Positions 11,466 through 23,940 of a stretch of 64,000 nucleotides of DNA are shown one piece after another (the stretch's first letter is position 1; each line of letters begins with the position of its first letter). The notes under the pieces were generated by a model that worked only from the letters and a program-made list of their open reading frames with translations, searched no databases and was not told the origin of the DNA. Source of the stretch: Octopus bimaculoides (lineage: Eukaryota); NCBI RefSeq assembly GCF_001194135.2, contig NC_068992.1, positions 42,241,166 through 42,305,165 of the forward strand, read 5' to 3'. The translations under genes and the position numbers were made by a program.

Positions 11466-12187
11466 TCATTATTTCCGAAGAATAAGCTATATACCTTATT
11501 GAACGGGCATATGCTGTGAGAAAGCTGTGATAAAACATTATTTCCCTTGAGAAGGCATCTCTTAAAGACGTACAGTAGTTTCACTATACGTAACAGACGA
11601 AACCTATCTTGTAGCAGATACGAAGTTGCTAGATCCCTGTAGTTCCGCATACTTGGACGTCTGCAATAGAAAGTATCTAATATCAACTGTACACATAGAA
11701 AAAAATGCCTAAGGAAGTCCACCCACGCTGCTTGACACTTTTTGTCTGCTGTTGATACTAGTTTGCCTTTTAACAATATACGTCTATAAGTGATGCCTTC
11801 TCGAAGCAAATGCCGCAAAATTACTCCTGTCTCAATGCATATCAACGTTAACGAAGATAAAGAGATTGCTATTCGGAACTAATAGTGTTTCCATTACTAA
11901 TAATGGATTTTTACTCAACCGGCCCTCTATAATACTGGTTATTTGCTAATCAATATTTTCGATATCAAGAGAAACGACATTTGTCTGAGAATGCAGTTGA
12001 TACCAGTTCTACAAACAACCTATACTGAAACTTCTGCGCTCTACAACACTATACATCTATAAGTGGTGCTTTCTCAATACCAACACCTCATTATTATGGT
12101 TTTGTCGCTGTATATCTACGAGTATGATATACAGAGTTATAATCTATCTATCTACCTATCTATATGTTTGTCTCTATGCATATATAT

Positions 12188-12225
<38 letters not shown>

Positions 12226-12235
12226 ACACACACAC

Positions 12236-12298
<63 letters not shown>

Positions 12299-12635
12299 CA
12301 TATATACACATACATATATGGGAAAATGTGTGAAATGCTTGGTACAGTTAGGTATGTTGGAAAAAGGAAAACAATGACTGTACTGATAGTTCTAATCTAT
12401 TTAACATTTTTTTCAGTAATACTTACACTTTGGTTTGTAGATTTCGTAAGTTGTTTGTTAACTTCGGTGGGGACAATTAACAAGGAATCTTTAAAAAATG
12501 TCACCACTGAAATTAACAACTAACTTACGAGTTCTACAAAGCAAACTGTAAAATGATGCTATTTAAAAATTAAAAAATTAAATTGATTAGAACTACCAGT
12601 GAAGTCATTCTTTTGTTTCTTCAAATATATATATA

Positions 12636-12674
<39 letters not shown>

Positions 12675-12830
12675 CTCTGTGTGTGTTCCACTGTGTGTGT
12701 ATGTATATGTATATATATATATATATGTATGTATGTATATATCTATATGTGTGTATGTATATATATCTATATGTATTTGGATATATATATATATATACAT
12801 GCACATATATATTTATATATATGCATATGT

Positions 12831-12871
<41 letters not shown>

Positions 12872-13562
12872 TACATGCACATATATATATATTTACGCAT
12901 GCAGATAGCTAGCTAGCTAGATAGATAGATAAATATGTATTTATGTAAGTTTGTGCATGTAATTTCAGAGAGAAAGAAAGAGAGAGAGACCGAAACTGAG
13001 GCAGAAAGAAAGAGAGATCCCGTTGCGTAATTTTTAACACAAATAACCAAATAAAATAAATTAGTTATGTAACAACTATGTTTTTCTTTTTGCAACACAT
13101 CCTATAGTTTAATAATAGTATGCATTACTATGCATGCAGCATCATAATTGGTTATGAAATACAGTAGTTTTGTATTCGCATCACTAATGTTCCTTTGAAA
13201 AGCACGAAATCACGCGATCTTATTTCCTTTTTCCATGTAAATATTAAATGTTGCGCATATGTAAATCAATACCATTGCTAAAAATCGAAATCTGATGTTA
13301 TGGAAAATTATAGACAAAACGCTGCTAGATTCGAACTCTGTAAATTTAAAGTAATATTGCTTTTAAAACCCATCCTTCAATTAATTTTTCTCTCTCCAAC
13401 ATTCTATCTTAGGGGTTTTCCGTTTGTGCGGTTTCAATATTTTATACTTTCTCATAGCTTATTGTTGATTAACTCCTCATTAAATGTAAAAGCGTTCTGC
13501 ATTGACAGGACATCCGAATATTGCATTTTTGGTTTACGAACTCATCACCTAACGATATAAGT

Positions 13563-13830
13563 GAAGGCGCATGGCTCAGTGGTTAGAGTATCGGGCTCAT
13601 AATCGTTCAGGTAGTGAGATCGATTCCCGGACCGGTCTGTATGCTGTATCCTTCAGCAAGACACTTTATTTCCCGTTGCTCCTGTTCACTCAGCTAGACA
13701 GATGAGCTGCACCGTTACTGGTGCCAAGCTGTAGCAACCTTTGACTTTCCCTTGGACAATATCAGTAGTGTGGAGAGGAAATACTGGTGCGCATGGGCAA
13801 CTTTGCCGGACTTGTGCCTCGGAGAGGAAC
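13563..13830 (+). mobile_element. tRNA-derived SINE with CORE-like body and a different tail
   Basis: A-box tggctcagtgg, B-box-like gatcgattcc, then ccttcagcaagacactttatttcccgttgctcc. Confidence 0.75.
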
Positions 13831-14159
13831 ATTCTAGACTACACGCCTTCACTGTGAGTTAAAGTACTAAGGCAAAAAAATTGGGAATGTCCATCGGATT
13901 TTATTGTCAAATTTTCGTCTCGTTGACTCTCCCTGAGATTCCAATAAGTGTGTATTTTACCTATGGAGTATTCAGCCACTTACAAATTCCCAATAGATCA
14001 AACAACTTCATGCTCATCGTCGATACAGACGGAAGAGCATTTAATTGATTAGTTTTTTATGCACTTTGCATACATATAGGACATAGTTTCAAGTTAATAA
14101 GTTACGAGTTGATTCTACTGGTTATGTCCGGAGTTCAGACAGATCGCAAAATATCCTTT

Positions 14160-14554
14160 CTACTCTAGGCTCAAGGCCCGAAATTTTGGGGGAGTGGGGG
14201 CCATTCGATTAGATCGACCTCAGTACGCAACTGGTACTTAATTTATCGACCACGAAAGGATGAAAAGCAAAGCCGACCTCGGCACAATTTTAACTCAGAA
14301 CGTAAAGAGAGACGAAATACCTATTTCGTTATTGACCATAAGGGGCTAAACATAGAGGGAACAAACAAGAACAGACGAACGGATTAAGTCGATTACATCG
14401 ACCCCAGTGCGTAACTGGTACTTAATTTATAGACCCCGTAAGGATGAAAGGCAAAGTCGACCTCGGCGGAATTTGAACTCAGAACGTAACGGCAGACGAA
14501 ATACCGCTAAGCATTTCGCCCGGCGTGCTAACGATTCTGCCAGCTCACCGCCTT
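14160..14554 (-). mobile_element. SINE family B, dimeric form
   Basis: Reverse complement shows head, Meta-like domain, linker, second monomer and tail, matching 3795-4210. Confidence 0.85.
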
Positions 14555-15167
14555 ACAGATCGCAAAATTCTATTGGTAAAACAAATAAATACTATATCTA
14601 GAGTATATTTTCAAAAACCAGGACAATATTCAGGATAATTATAATTTTATTAACAGCAACTCATTGCAGATTTTTAAAATTATTATTTTGTAAATAGTAT
14701 TGAAAGGAACTGGTGTCATTCGAGAAGTAAATCGAATCAGTGGAATTCTGTCAACAGGTTCTTAACGGAGCTTGCGATCTACAATCGCTGATGCCATTTG
14801 CTATGCTTTGATTGCAACTTGTAATTGTTGCAGTTACTAGATGCTGACTAAAGAAAATATTGATACTGACAGACACCAAATAAACTGATTGTATGCAGAG
14901 TTAATTACTAGAGCAACAGCTAAATGCTGTTACTGTCACGGTGGCTATGGGTAATTACATCAGCAGCAGCAGTAGCGAATGCGTTGAATCACATATCAGC
15001 AAAATAATGATTGCAATGGTAATACACTCAGAAACACACACACATACACACATACACACACAAACACATACACATAGACACATATATACATATATATGCA
15101 CATATGTGTGTGTATGCGTGTGTGTGCATGTGTATGTATGTGTTCATACATGCGCACATACACACAC

Positions 15168-15219
<52 letters not shown>

Positions 15220-16450
15220 CATTAGTTAGACAAGCAATTAGATAGATAGATTCATACATAAGTATACATATACATATAGACATACATACATACATATATA
15301 CATATATACATATATACATACATAAAGCCAAACATACAAATCTGCACATAGACATAAATACATACAAAAATACCGTTGTTGATTGAAATTCCAATAAAGG
15401 AGCCTTGGATCTAGGTTAGAAACCAACTCTTTCACTATTGGCAAGAAATAAAACTGAACAATTACACATATAAATACATACATGCATACATGCATACATA
15501 CATACATACATACATGCAAACATACATATGGACACAAACGTCTGTGCGTATGCGTGTGTATTTTGTGTATATTTAGCGAAATAATACGATTTCGATTTTC
15601 ATTGTAGCTGCTGACATGCATCTTTAGTTAATTACTAAACCAAAACATCTAACTACTGTACCTATAGTTATTTAATAAGTCAACAGCACAACAAAGAAGA
15701 AAGAAAACATTGATTCAACCAATGAACAACAAGAACGCACTGATTGCGATGCTAACAAAAATCTAAATCTGTTTTTCGGTTGTAGAACTCTTCTATAGAT
15801 CAAAGTTTCTTGGCTACAACAACCAAAGTTTCTTGTAAAATTTCGCGAAGTAATTCCAATATTCTACACATTCTCTTGCTTTCTGACTATTAACTTTTAC
15901 AAATCACACAAATCGCTTAATTTTGAAGATGGAACAAATTAAAGCCAAACCAAACAAGAATAAAAAGCAAAAATTGGAAAAAATGAAAAACGAAAATGGA
16001 GACGGTATTCGTTGTCTGGTACCTCCATTATGCATTCAAAAGTGATTTAGTCAAACAATAAACTTGCTATCGATTATAAGGTTAGGCTAGACGGCGTTTC
16101 TTTGATAAAATCGTTTGGTAATGTCGTAGTGTACTCTTTAACCTCAACGAAGTAACAATATATCGATTAGTTCACTAATTAAAGCAGAAAATTCCCGTAA
16201 GATGTTCATAGTACCAATGATGATGAAAATAACAGTAATCTTACCTTTATTTTTTTTTAATTAATAATGCAAAAGAAAGAAACAGATGACACAACATTAT
16301 GAATAATTCATGATAATGTATACAACACAAAATAAATTAAAAGCCAAAACTTTTAGTGTGTTGTATCGGCATGAATGTTAATTAGTTTTGGTAAGTTTGT
16401 ATGTTATATGAAGAATAAGGAATCCGATCGTTCGCAACTGAGTCTTCTCT

Positions 16451-16675
16451 AATACAGTTCTATATTTAAGAGATGAGGTATTATGTACATTATTTACATA
16501 ATTTACATTTGACGGATATTTGTCCTCATCTTGTTTTTTGTTAATACAACGAAATTTCCCCCCTAGACACCTGGTGAAGGCTTGAGAGTATATCAGCCGA
16601 AACGTTGTGTCAGCAACAAACAAGATGAGGACAAATATCCGTCAAATATGTAAATAATGTAAATAATGTAAATAA
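16451..16675. mobile_element. Penelope-like short element (family P1): fold-back insertion with a hammerhead motif and 12-bp TSD
   Basis: TSD TGAGTCTTCTCT at 16439-16450 and 16676-16687. Segment 16454-16550 is the reverse complement of the P1 3' end seen at 23020-23106, and the plus-strand part matches 22968-23080. Confidence 0.85.
16566..16611 (+). ncRNA. Minimal type I hammerhead ribozyme with mutated core (CUGGUGA)
   Basis: Stem I GACAC/GUGUC, stem II GGC/GCC, GAAA, palindromic AACGUU stem III. Conserved A6 is changed to G. Confidence 0.7.
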
Positions 16676-16689
16676 TGAGTCTTCTCTGT

Positions 16690-17060
16690 TTCGTTGGATG
16701 TCAAAATCTTATTTTTCGCTATGAAGAATAGTCATTTTCCGAAATGCTAGATTCTTCCTCTCCATCTCGCATACGAACAACCCGAATGAAACATGTAATA
16801 TCTTCTACATATAGCAGATTTACAGATTGTACAATATATGTGTGTAGAAGATGTGCGCCAGACGTTTGGGGCAATATGGTGCTGTGAATTAGTGTGTGTT
16901 GCTTCGATGGTGAATGCATTTAAAATTCTCTGGTTCTTTGTGGTTGGTTGATAGGGGGCTTTTAGCAAGGAGGTTGTCGAGGTTCGTGTTGTACGAAAGA
17001 TCGGGGCGGTTGTGGCAACGGAAAATAGAACTAGGGAGTAACGGATAAGTGTGTGTTTCA
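16690..17060 (-). pseudogene. Possible decayed Penelope-type ORF (GIY-YIG region)
   Basis: Frameshifted segments LSYNTNLDNLLAKS...FKC and TSSTHIYCTICKS resemble the PLE motifs NLRDLLVRS and TSSNVIYCIxC. Similarity is weak and judged by eye. Confidence 0.3.
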
Positions 17061-17805
17061 ATAGGAAACGGATGCGTGGAAGTTCAGGAATATGGAGTTC
17101 AAAGTGTGTGGGTGTGCTTAAAGTAGTCTGAACAATATTCCATCACCCACTTCCGTTTTAGTCTCTACCATGTATTTGGCAGGAAACGCATGTCTGAAAG
17201 GAATCTAATTCCATTGCTCTTCACATATTAAGGTGAAAGAGGTCAGAAGGCTGGAGAAGACTGAATGAAAAGTGGTAAAAAAAAAACCTACAAATTAGCT
17301 GTTAATGAATCTCTATGGTTTCGTAGTGCTTTCTGGACAGATAAATGGAGTTTGACAGGTACAATTTACTTAGTTTATCTTTTAGAAACTACTGTGAAAA
17401 ACCATTGCAGGCAATTTAAAAAGTGGTCAGATTCAATAGTTTTGATTATCTAAATGGTAGATTATCTATTTTACATTTATATTTGAAATCTTTGGCGTTG
17501 TCCCAAAAGACTAAAAGGTGGATTGTGGCAGAATTTGTTGTGAATCAAAGTATATTTGATATATTTCAATACTTTTTTCATATTTTATATCGCTTTACGT
17601 TCAAAACTTGTCCGAAAATATTTTGCTTTCCATTTATCAGATTTTAGTGAAATAAATACCAGGTAAGTTGTAGAGTTAATGTAATTGTTTAAGATCTTCC
17701 TCTTTATATATGTTACGTTAACATTCACTATTCTACACTGTTTCAAACCAGAACAGCATATTGCAAATTGCAGCAAAACAGAGTAATCTGCAAAACATGT
17801 ACTCC

Positions 17806-17865
<60 letters not shown>

Positions 17866-18119
17866 GTCTTTCTTTCTCTCCACCCCCGGAAACATCCTCG
17901 TTGATACCGTGGAAAGAAGTTAGATCTTTCTCAGTTCAAAGATTTAAATTGTATGCAAAGTTGTGAGTACATTATTTGGGAAAGAAAACAGAAAATGAAC
18001 ACAACAATCGATATATTTTTTAAGATTATAAACGTGTCGTGTGAATATCAACGGATATTATTTATATCAAAGGCGTTGCTCCAACAAGATCTCTGCAAAG
18101 CTTGCACAATCTTTAGCAC

Positions 18120-18280
18120 ACCAGGCTTTTAACGCTTAGCAGTATTTCGCTCGTCTTTATGCTTTGAGTTCAGTTCCGCCCGAGGTCAACGTTCCCTTTT
18201 TCATCCTTTCGGGGTCGATAAAATATGTACCAGTCTAGCACTGGGTCCGATTTAATCCCCGAAATTGCTGGCCTTCAGCC
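18120..18280 (+). mobile_element. SINE family B, degenerate monomer
   Basis: gagttcagttccgcccgaggtcaac...catcctttcggggtcgataaaatatgtaccag. Confidence 0.7.
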
Positions 18281-18714
18281 TCCTCAATAAGAATGGTATG
18301 ATTTGTTATAAAAATATTATTGGAGCAATAAGATGTTTAATCTTTTCGCTTTTCATGTTTATTAATTTTTTCATTTTTGTTTTGTTTTATGGAGGGTTAA
18401 ACAATTTTTTTTTAATTGGGGGAGATAACCGAATTCTTTTAATGGGGGTTAGATAACCAAAATGTAGCAAATTTTGCATTCTATATACAAAGTGCAAATA
18501 TGCACTACCGAAATAATTGAATTTGAATCCTGTTTACGAGGGAGTAAAGCTTGTATGTGGTTAGTAGAAATGCTTGAAATGACGGTCAAATCTCTCTCAA
18601 AAATGCTAGTTTCGTCTTTAAACTATTCCTTACTGCATAAAGGAATTTGAAAAAAAAATTGATTGGCACAGGATGGAACCACTACCGCTCTTGAATAGAG
18701 TTAACCTAGTGCAA

Positions 18715-18725
18715 AACAACAACAA

Positions 18726-18802
<77 letters not shown>

Positions 18803-19402
18803 AAAACAAAGACAATGACAGCAAGAACACCAAGGCACTCCTGCTGTGGACGGGTGGCTTTGACGCTCGAAGTCAAATCAATTTAATTGTCAAGATAAAG
18901 AAATTCGTGACAAGTCTACCCAGGTAAACAATAGGAAATGTTACAGAAATGACAACCAATTCCGATATCGACTTAAAACAGAAACAGCTGCAGATACCAA
19001 TACTATTATTGACAGAGAGAAAGAGGAAGAAGAGGAGGAAAACTTGACTAAAGCAATATGTATAACTTGAATGCAAAAGCGATAAAGCCACTACTACCAC
19101 CGCAGCCACCATGATTACCACATCGGCACTGTCATCATCATCATCAGCAGCAGCATTATCATGACCATCATTATCACCACGATTAGCGCTATCTATCTTC
19201 ACACCATCGCCATCATCCCTGTCGTCATCATAACCACTACCACAACCACTTCCATGATGATGATGATCTTCATCATCATCATCGTCATCATCATTCTCAT
19301 CATCATCAATACAACTACAACCAGAAATGTCATCATCATCATCCTCACCACCATCGCCAACATAATCATCAACAGCAGCATTATCATCACCATCAACACA
19401 CC

Positions 19403-19433
<31 letters not shown>

Positions 19434-19800
19434 GTCGTCGTCGCCGTCAGCAAAACCGTGCCACAGTTTTAAACCCTGACTACCAGCTATGCCGTTATCA
19501 TCATTAGATCAATTAGCAATAAAACGCCTCATGATTCTTTTGAAATCAATTACGACGAGAAACCAGAAGGAAGAAAAAAAAAAGCATCATCACCATCATC
19601 TTCAACAGAAGCAGCAGCACGACTGACATCACTAACAACAACTACAACAGTACCACTTTACACCACCAACACCAATACCTGTACTGGCATCAGCAACACC
19701 ACCGTCGCTGCCACTATCATCATCATTATCATCCCATCAGCACCAACATCGCCACGCTACAACCACCACCACTACCACCACCACCACCACTACATCTTAG
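18715..19800. repeat. Compound trinucleotide microsatellite fields (CAA/CAG/TAG at 18715-18800; CAT/CAC at 19070-19800)
   Basis: Visible low-complexity triplet arrays. Confidence 0.9.
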
Positions 19801-20494
19801 TGTCACCAGGAGCAACAGCGGTATAATCCCTGTTTGACATAATCAGCTCCATAAATTCTCGTGCTTTCCGTTGATGTTTAATCCTAGATCAAGGCAAATA
19901 AAATCGATGCATTACAAAAGGCATTCCAGTCGTGGCCATCTTATATGCCAGGGTGATTTAGGACAAAAATATTCAATACCTCCTACAGCCTGTTTTCTTT
20001 TTTCTGTTTTCTTAATATTGTGACAGTAGTTTAAGATTTGAGGGATAATTCGCGGCTGTTTCTAACAAATCACTGAAATATCTAGAAGCGCTCTCGTTCC
20101 TTAGGTTCGGATCACATTGGTGGTAGAAGTTGTGTGATGATGATGATGTGATGATGATGATGGTGACGACGACGACGATAATGATGGTGGTGGTAGTGGT
20201 GATGGTGAAATTGCCACCTCGTAGACTTATTCCAGTATTAATTGAAGGGTCCTGATCGATTTTTCTAGCAAGTCTAGCGACTTATACTGATTCCATCGTA
20301 GATTCCTGACCACCATGAAGACCCATTGTTTTCGGAGTCAAAGACAGTTTTTGACAACTCACATCTTACAAATGGAAACAGTACAACAGCAGAAACAACT
20401 ATTGATATGTATATCTGTCTATCTATCTATCTGTCTATTTGTCTGTCTGTCTGTCTATTCTTTCTATCTTTCTATCTATCTATCTGTCTATCTG

Positions 20495-20554
<60 letters not shown>

Positions 20555-20579
20555 GAAAATCTGCATATATACAGAGATA

Positions 20580-21569
20580 TCTTTTTATTATAGCCACACA
20601 GGGCTAAATACAGAAAATGGACAAATTACAAAGTAGAGCTTTGGGGGGGGGGANNNNNNNNNNNNNNNNNNNNNNNNNNNNNNNNNNNNNNNNNNNNNNN
20701 NNNNNNNNNNNNNNNNNNNNNNNNNNNNNNNNNNNNNNNNNNNNNNNNNNNNNNNNNNNNNNNNNNNNNNNNNNNNNNNNNNNNNNNNNNNNNNNNNNNN
20801 NNNNNNNNNNNNNNNNNNNNNNNNNNNNNNNNNNNNNNNNNNNNNNNNNNNNNNNNNNNNNNNNNNNNNNNNNNNNNNNNNNNNNNNNNNNNNNNNNNNN
20901 NNNNNNNNNNNNNNNNNNNNNNNNNNNNNNNNNNNNNNNNNNNNNNNNNNNNNNNNNNNNNNNNNNNNNNNNNNNNNNNNNNNNNNNNNNNNNNNNNNNN
21001 NNNNNNNNNNNNNNNNNNNNNNNNNNNNNNNNNNNNNNNNNNNNNNNNNNNNNNNNNNNNNNNNNNNNNNNNNNNNNNNNNNNNNNNNNNNNNNNNNNNN
21101 NNNNNNNNNNNNNNNNNNNNNNNNNNNNNNNNNNNNNNNNNNNNNNNNNNNNNNNNNNNNNNNNNNNNNNNNNNNNNNNNNNNNNNNNNNNNNNNNNNNN
21201 NNNNNNNNNNNNNNNNNNNNNNNNNNNNNNNNNNNNNNNNNNNNNNNNNNNNNNNNNNNNNNNNNNNNNNNNNNNNNNNGGCTCGTCCCACACGCGACAA
21301 CAGCCGTTCGACGAAAGTCCACAGCTCTGAAATATCTGGACACTGCACGAGTACGTGCAGAACGGTTTCGTCGCTCTGACCGCATCTCGGGCAGGTCGGT
21401 CCGGTGGTTTTCGAACCGTGTCTGTAGATCTTCTCTCGAACTGGTAGTGCGTCTCGATAGCATTGCCAAGCCAGGGATCTCTGGAAATTATCCATAGGCC
21501 CCGGCCCGAACGTCGTCTTGAAAAGGCGGGTTAAGAATTTCTCGTCGACACCCAGGTTTGCCCCGAGAG
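20580..21569 (-). mobile_element. 5'-truncated L1/Tx1-clade LINE with an 18-bp TSD (middle hidden by gap 20654-21279)
   Basis: TSD TGCATATATACAGAGATA at 20562-20579 and 21570-21587. Stop-free frame LGANLGVDEK...WQCYRDALPV...CPRCGQSDETVLHVLVQC, which is the CCHC zinc knuckle downstream of RT in L1-group ORF2. The 3' end terminates in AATAAAAAGA. Confidence 0.85.
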
Positions 21570-21582
21570 TGCATATATACAG

Positions 21583-21628
<46 letters not shown>

Positions 21629-22691
21629 GTGATGTTGGTAATGATGGCACATATATGAGAGAGGGAGAGGGAGGGAGAGAGAAACGTTGATTGAAGTCAC
21701 CAGCCTGAGGGAGCAAGAGATATTTAGAGAGACAGAGACGAGTAGAAACAGATCCAGGTTTACATAGAAAGAGATGCAGAAAAAAAGCGGGATAAAAAGT
21801 GGGGAGAAAGAGGGACGTGTGTAAAATCAATGAGAAATACAGAGAAAGATTAGGGAAAACTATTGGGCACAGAAAGACAGAGGGGCAAGTATAGAGGGAG
21901 AGAGATAATGTGTGTGTCAAAGAATGGAATTTAGCAGTAGGGAACAAATGAGAGAGAAAAAACATGTCGGAAGAGAACGCGAGAGAGAGCTAAAACGATA
22001 TTGGTTTTACATGTTGGCAACCCCCCCCCCCCNNNNNNNNNNNNNNNNNNNNNNNNNNNNNNNNNNNNNNNNNNNNNNNNNNNNNNNNNNNNNNNNNNNN
22101 NNNNNNNNNNNNNNNNNNNNNNNNNNNNNNNNNNNNNNNNNNNNNNNNNNNNNNNNNNNNNNNNNNNNNNNNNNNNNNNNNNNNNNNNNNNNNNNNNNNN
22201 NNNNNNNNNNNNNNNNNNNNNNNNNNNNNNNNNNNNNNNNNNNNNNNNNNNNNNNNNNNNNNNNNNNNNNNNNNNNNNNNNNNNNNNNNNNNNNNNNNNN
22301 NNNNNNNNNNNNNNNNNNNNNNNNNNNNNNNNNNNNNNNNNNNNNNNNNNNNNNNNNNNNNNNNNNNNNNNNNNNNNNNNNNNNNNNNNNNNNNNNNNNN
22401 NNNNNNNNNNNNNNNNNNNNNNNNNNNNNNNNNNNNNNNNNNNNNNNNNNNNNNNNNNNNNNNNNNNNNNNNNNNNNNNNNNNNNNNNNNNNNNNNNNNN
22501 NNNNNNNNNNNNNNNNNNNNNNNNNNNNNNNNNNNNNNNNNNNNNNNNNNNNNNNNNNNNNNNNNNNNNNNNNNNNNNNNNNNNNNNNNNNNNNNNNNNN
22601 NNNNNNNNNNNNNNNNNNNNNNNNNNNNNNNNNNNNNNNNNNNNNNNNNNNNNNNNNNNNNNNNNNNNNNNNNNNNNNNNNNNNNNNNNNN

Positions 22692-22780
22692 CTGGGGTCT
22701 ATTTGCTCAACTAAAGGCGGTGCTCCAGCATGGCCGCAGTCAAGAGACTGAAACAAGTAAAAGAATAAAAGAGTGAAAGA
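22692..22780 (+). mobile_element. SINE family A tail
   Basis: aaggcggtgctccagcatggccgcagtcaagagactgaaacaagtaaaag. Confidence 0.85.
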
Positions 22781-22879
22781 GTACACCTAGTCATAGTATA
22801 ACTGGATAACTATCTCTCTGCCTGTACATACGCACCTCTCTCGCGTTCCACGTCTCTCTTTCATAATAATAATAATAAT

Positions 22880-22932
<53 letters not shown>

Positions 22933-22934
<2 letters not shown>

Positions 22935-23106
22935 TCGAAAAATACCTTAGGAATGGGAACCCAGGTTCGAAATTTCCCCAAGACACCTGATGAAGGCTGG
23001 AGGGTATATCAGCCGAAACGTTGTGTTAACAACATACAAGATGAGGACAAATATCCGTGAAATGTAAATAATGTAAATAATTCCTCGTATCTTAAATATA
23101 GAACTG
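22933..23106 (+). mobile_element. Penelope-like short element family P1, directly downstream of a (TAA)n array (22864-22932)
   Basis: Homologous to 16451-16675 and carries a hammerhead motif. Ends aatgtaaataa...cttaaatatagaactg. Confidence 0.8.
22982..23027 (+). ncRNA. Minimal type I hammerhead ribozyme with intact core
   Basis: Stem I GACAC (22982-22986)/GUGUU (23023-23027); CUGAUGA 22987-22993; one extra A; stem II GGCUG/CAGCC; GAAA 23015-23018; palindromic AACGUU stem III. Predicted cleavage after GUU at 23022. Confidence 0.85.
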
Positions 23107-23564
23107 AACCATCTTAGGATCATGAATGCAACATCCTAACCACTAAGCCACTCACCTCCTCTTTCCATAACACAATGATATGAGTGCATTGGATTGTGAA
23201 AGGCCATTCTACGGATTGGGCAACCTTCATAAACTAGGTCTTAAGTTTAAAGGAAAAAATAACGGTAAATCTATAATATTCATATTTTTCTGTAGCTTGC
23301 AATATGAAGTAAGAATGTCGCTAGGAATTGAAATTAAGAACGCGGACTAATTTCACCTAATATGAGAACCTCTATAGTGAAGGTACTGGCCGCCTTGAGC
23401 ACTCGGTGACGGGCATCCTTAGGAGAAGGTTGCGAGTCAAAACGATCAAGAGATGGACGCACTTCCGCAATGTAGACAGTGCTCGAAGACGCAGACGTCA
23501 GACATATTAGAAATAGTCACCGGATGTTCCTCGAATCACTGTATCATCTTTCCTGCTCTCTCTT

Positions 23565-23648
<84 letters not shown>

Positions 23649-23894
23649 AAAACGTTAGATAATATACAGTGATATATGTTGTGAGATATAAAATAAAGAG
23701 GATGGTCATAGTTGGAATGTCTTTCCTTATAGACCTACTCGATCAGTGCTGACTTGGGACTAAAGAAAACATTTAACGGCGCCTGGAACAACGTTTTAAT
23801 GACTGACTACAACAACAACAGCAGAACAAAAGTAACAAAGATCAGTAGCAATTATAGCAACAACAATAACAACTACACATAGAGCAAAATAATA

Positions 23895-23940
<46 letters not shown>

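Noticed and set aside
11426-11845. 139-aa minus-strand ORF in non-repetitive DNA
   Set aside because: No recognisable motif or splice context, and its end overlaps a SINE. It cannot be supported without a homology search.
13563-13640. tRNA-like sequences with A/B boxes (also at 27298 and 37885)
   Set aside because: They continue into SINE bodies and lack a complete cloverleaf, so they are SINE heads and not tRNA genes.
15381-15435. ccaataaagg-agcct..aggtt-agaaacc repeat (related copy at 30350-30390, minus strand) resembling a PLE terminus
   Set aside because: The catalytic core is not recognisable in these copies. A family consensus is needed.
23440-23540. CRQC...IVTGC peptide resembling an R4/RLE-type LINE zinc finger
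   Set aside because: The conserved His is missing and the match is short. It could be chance.
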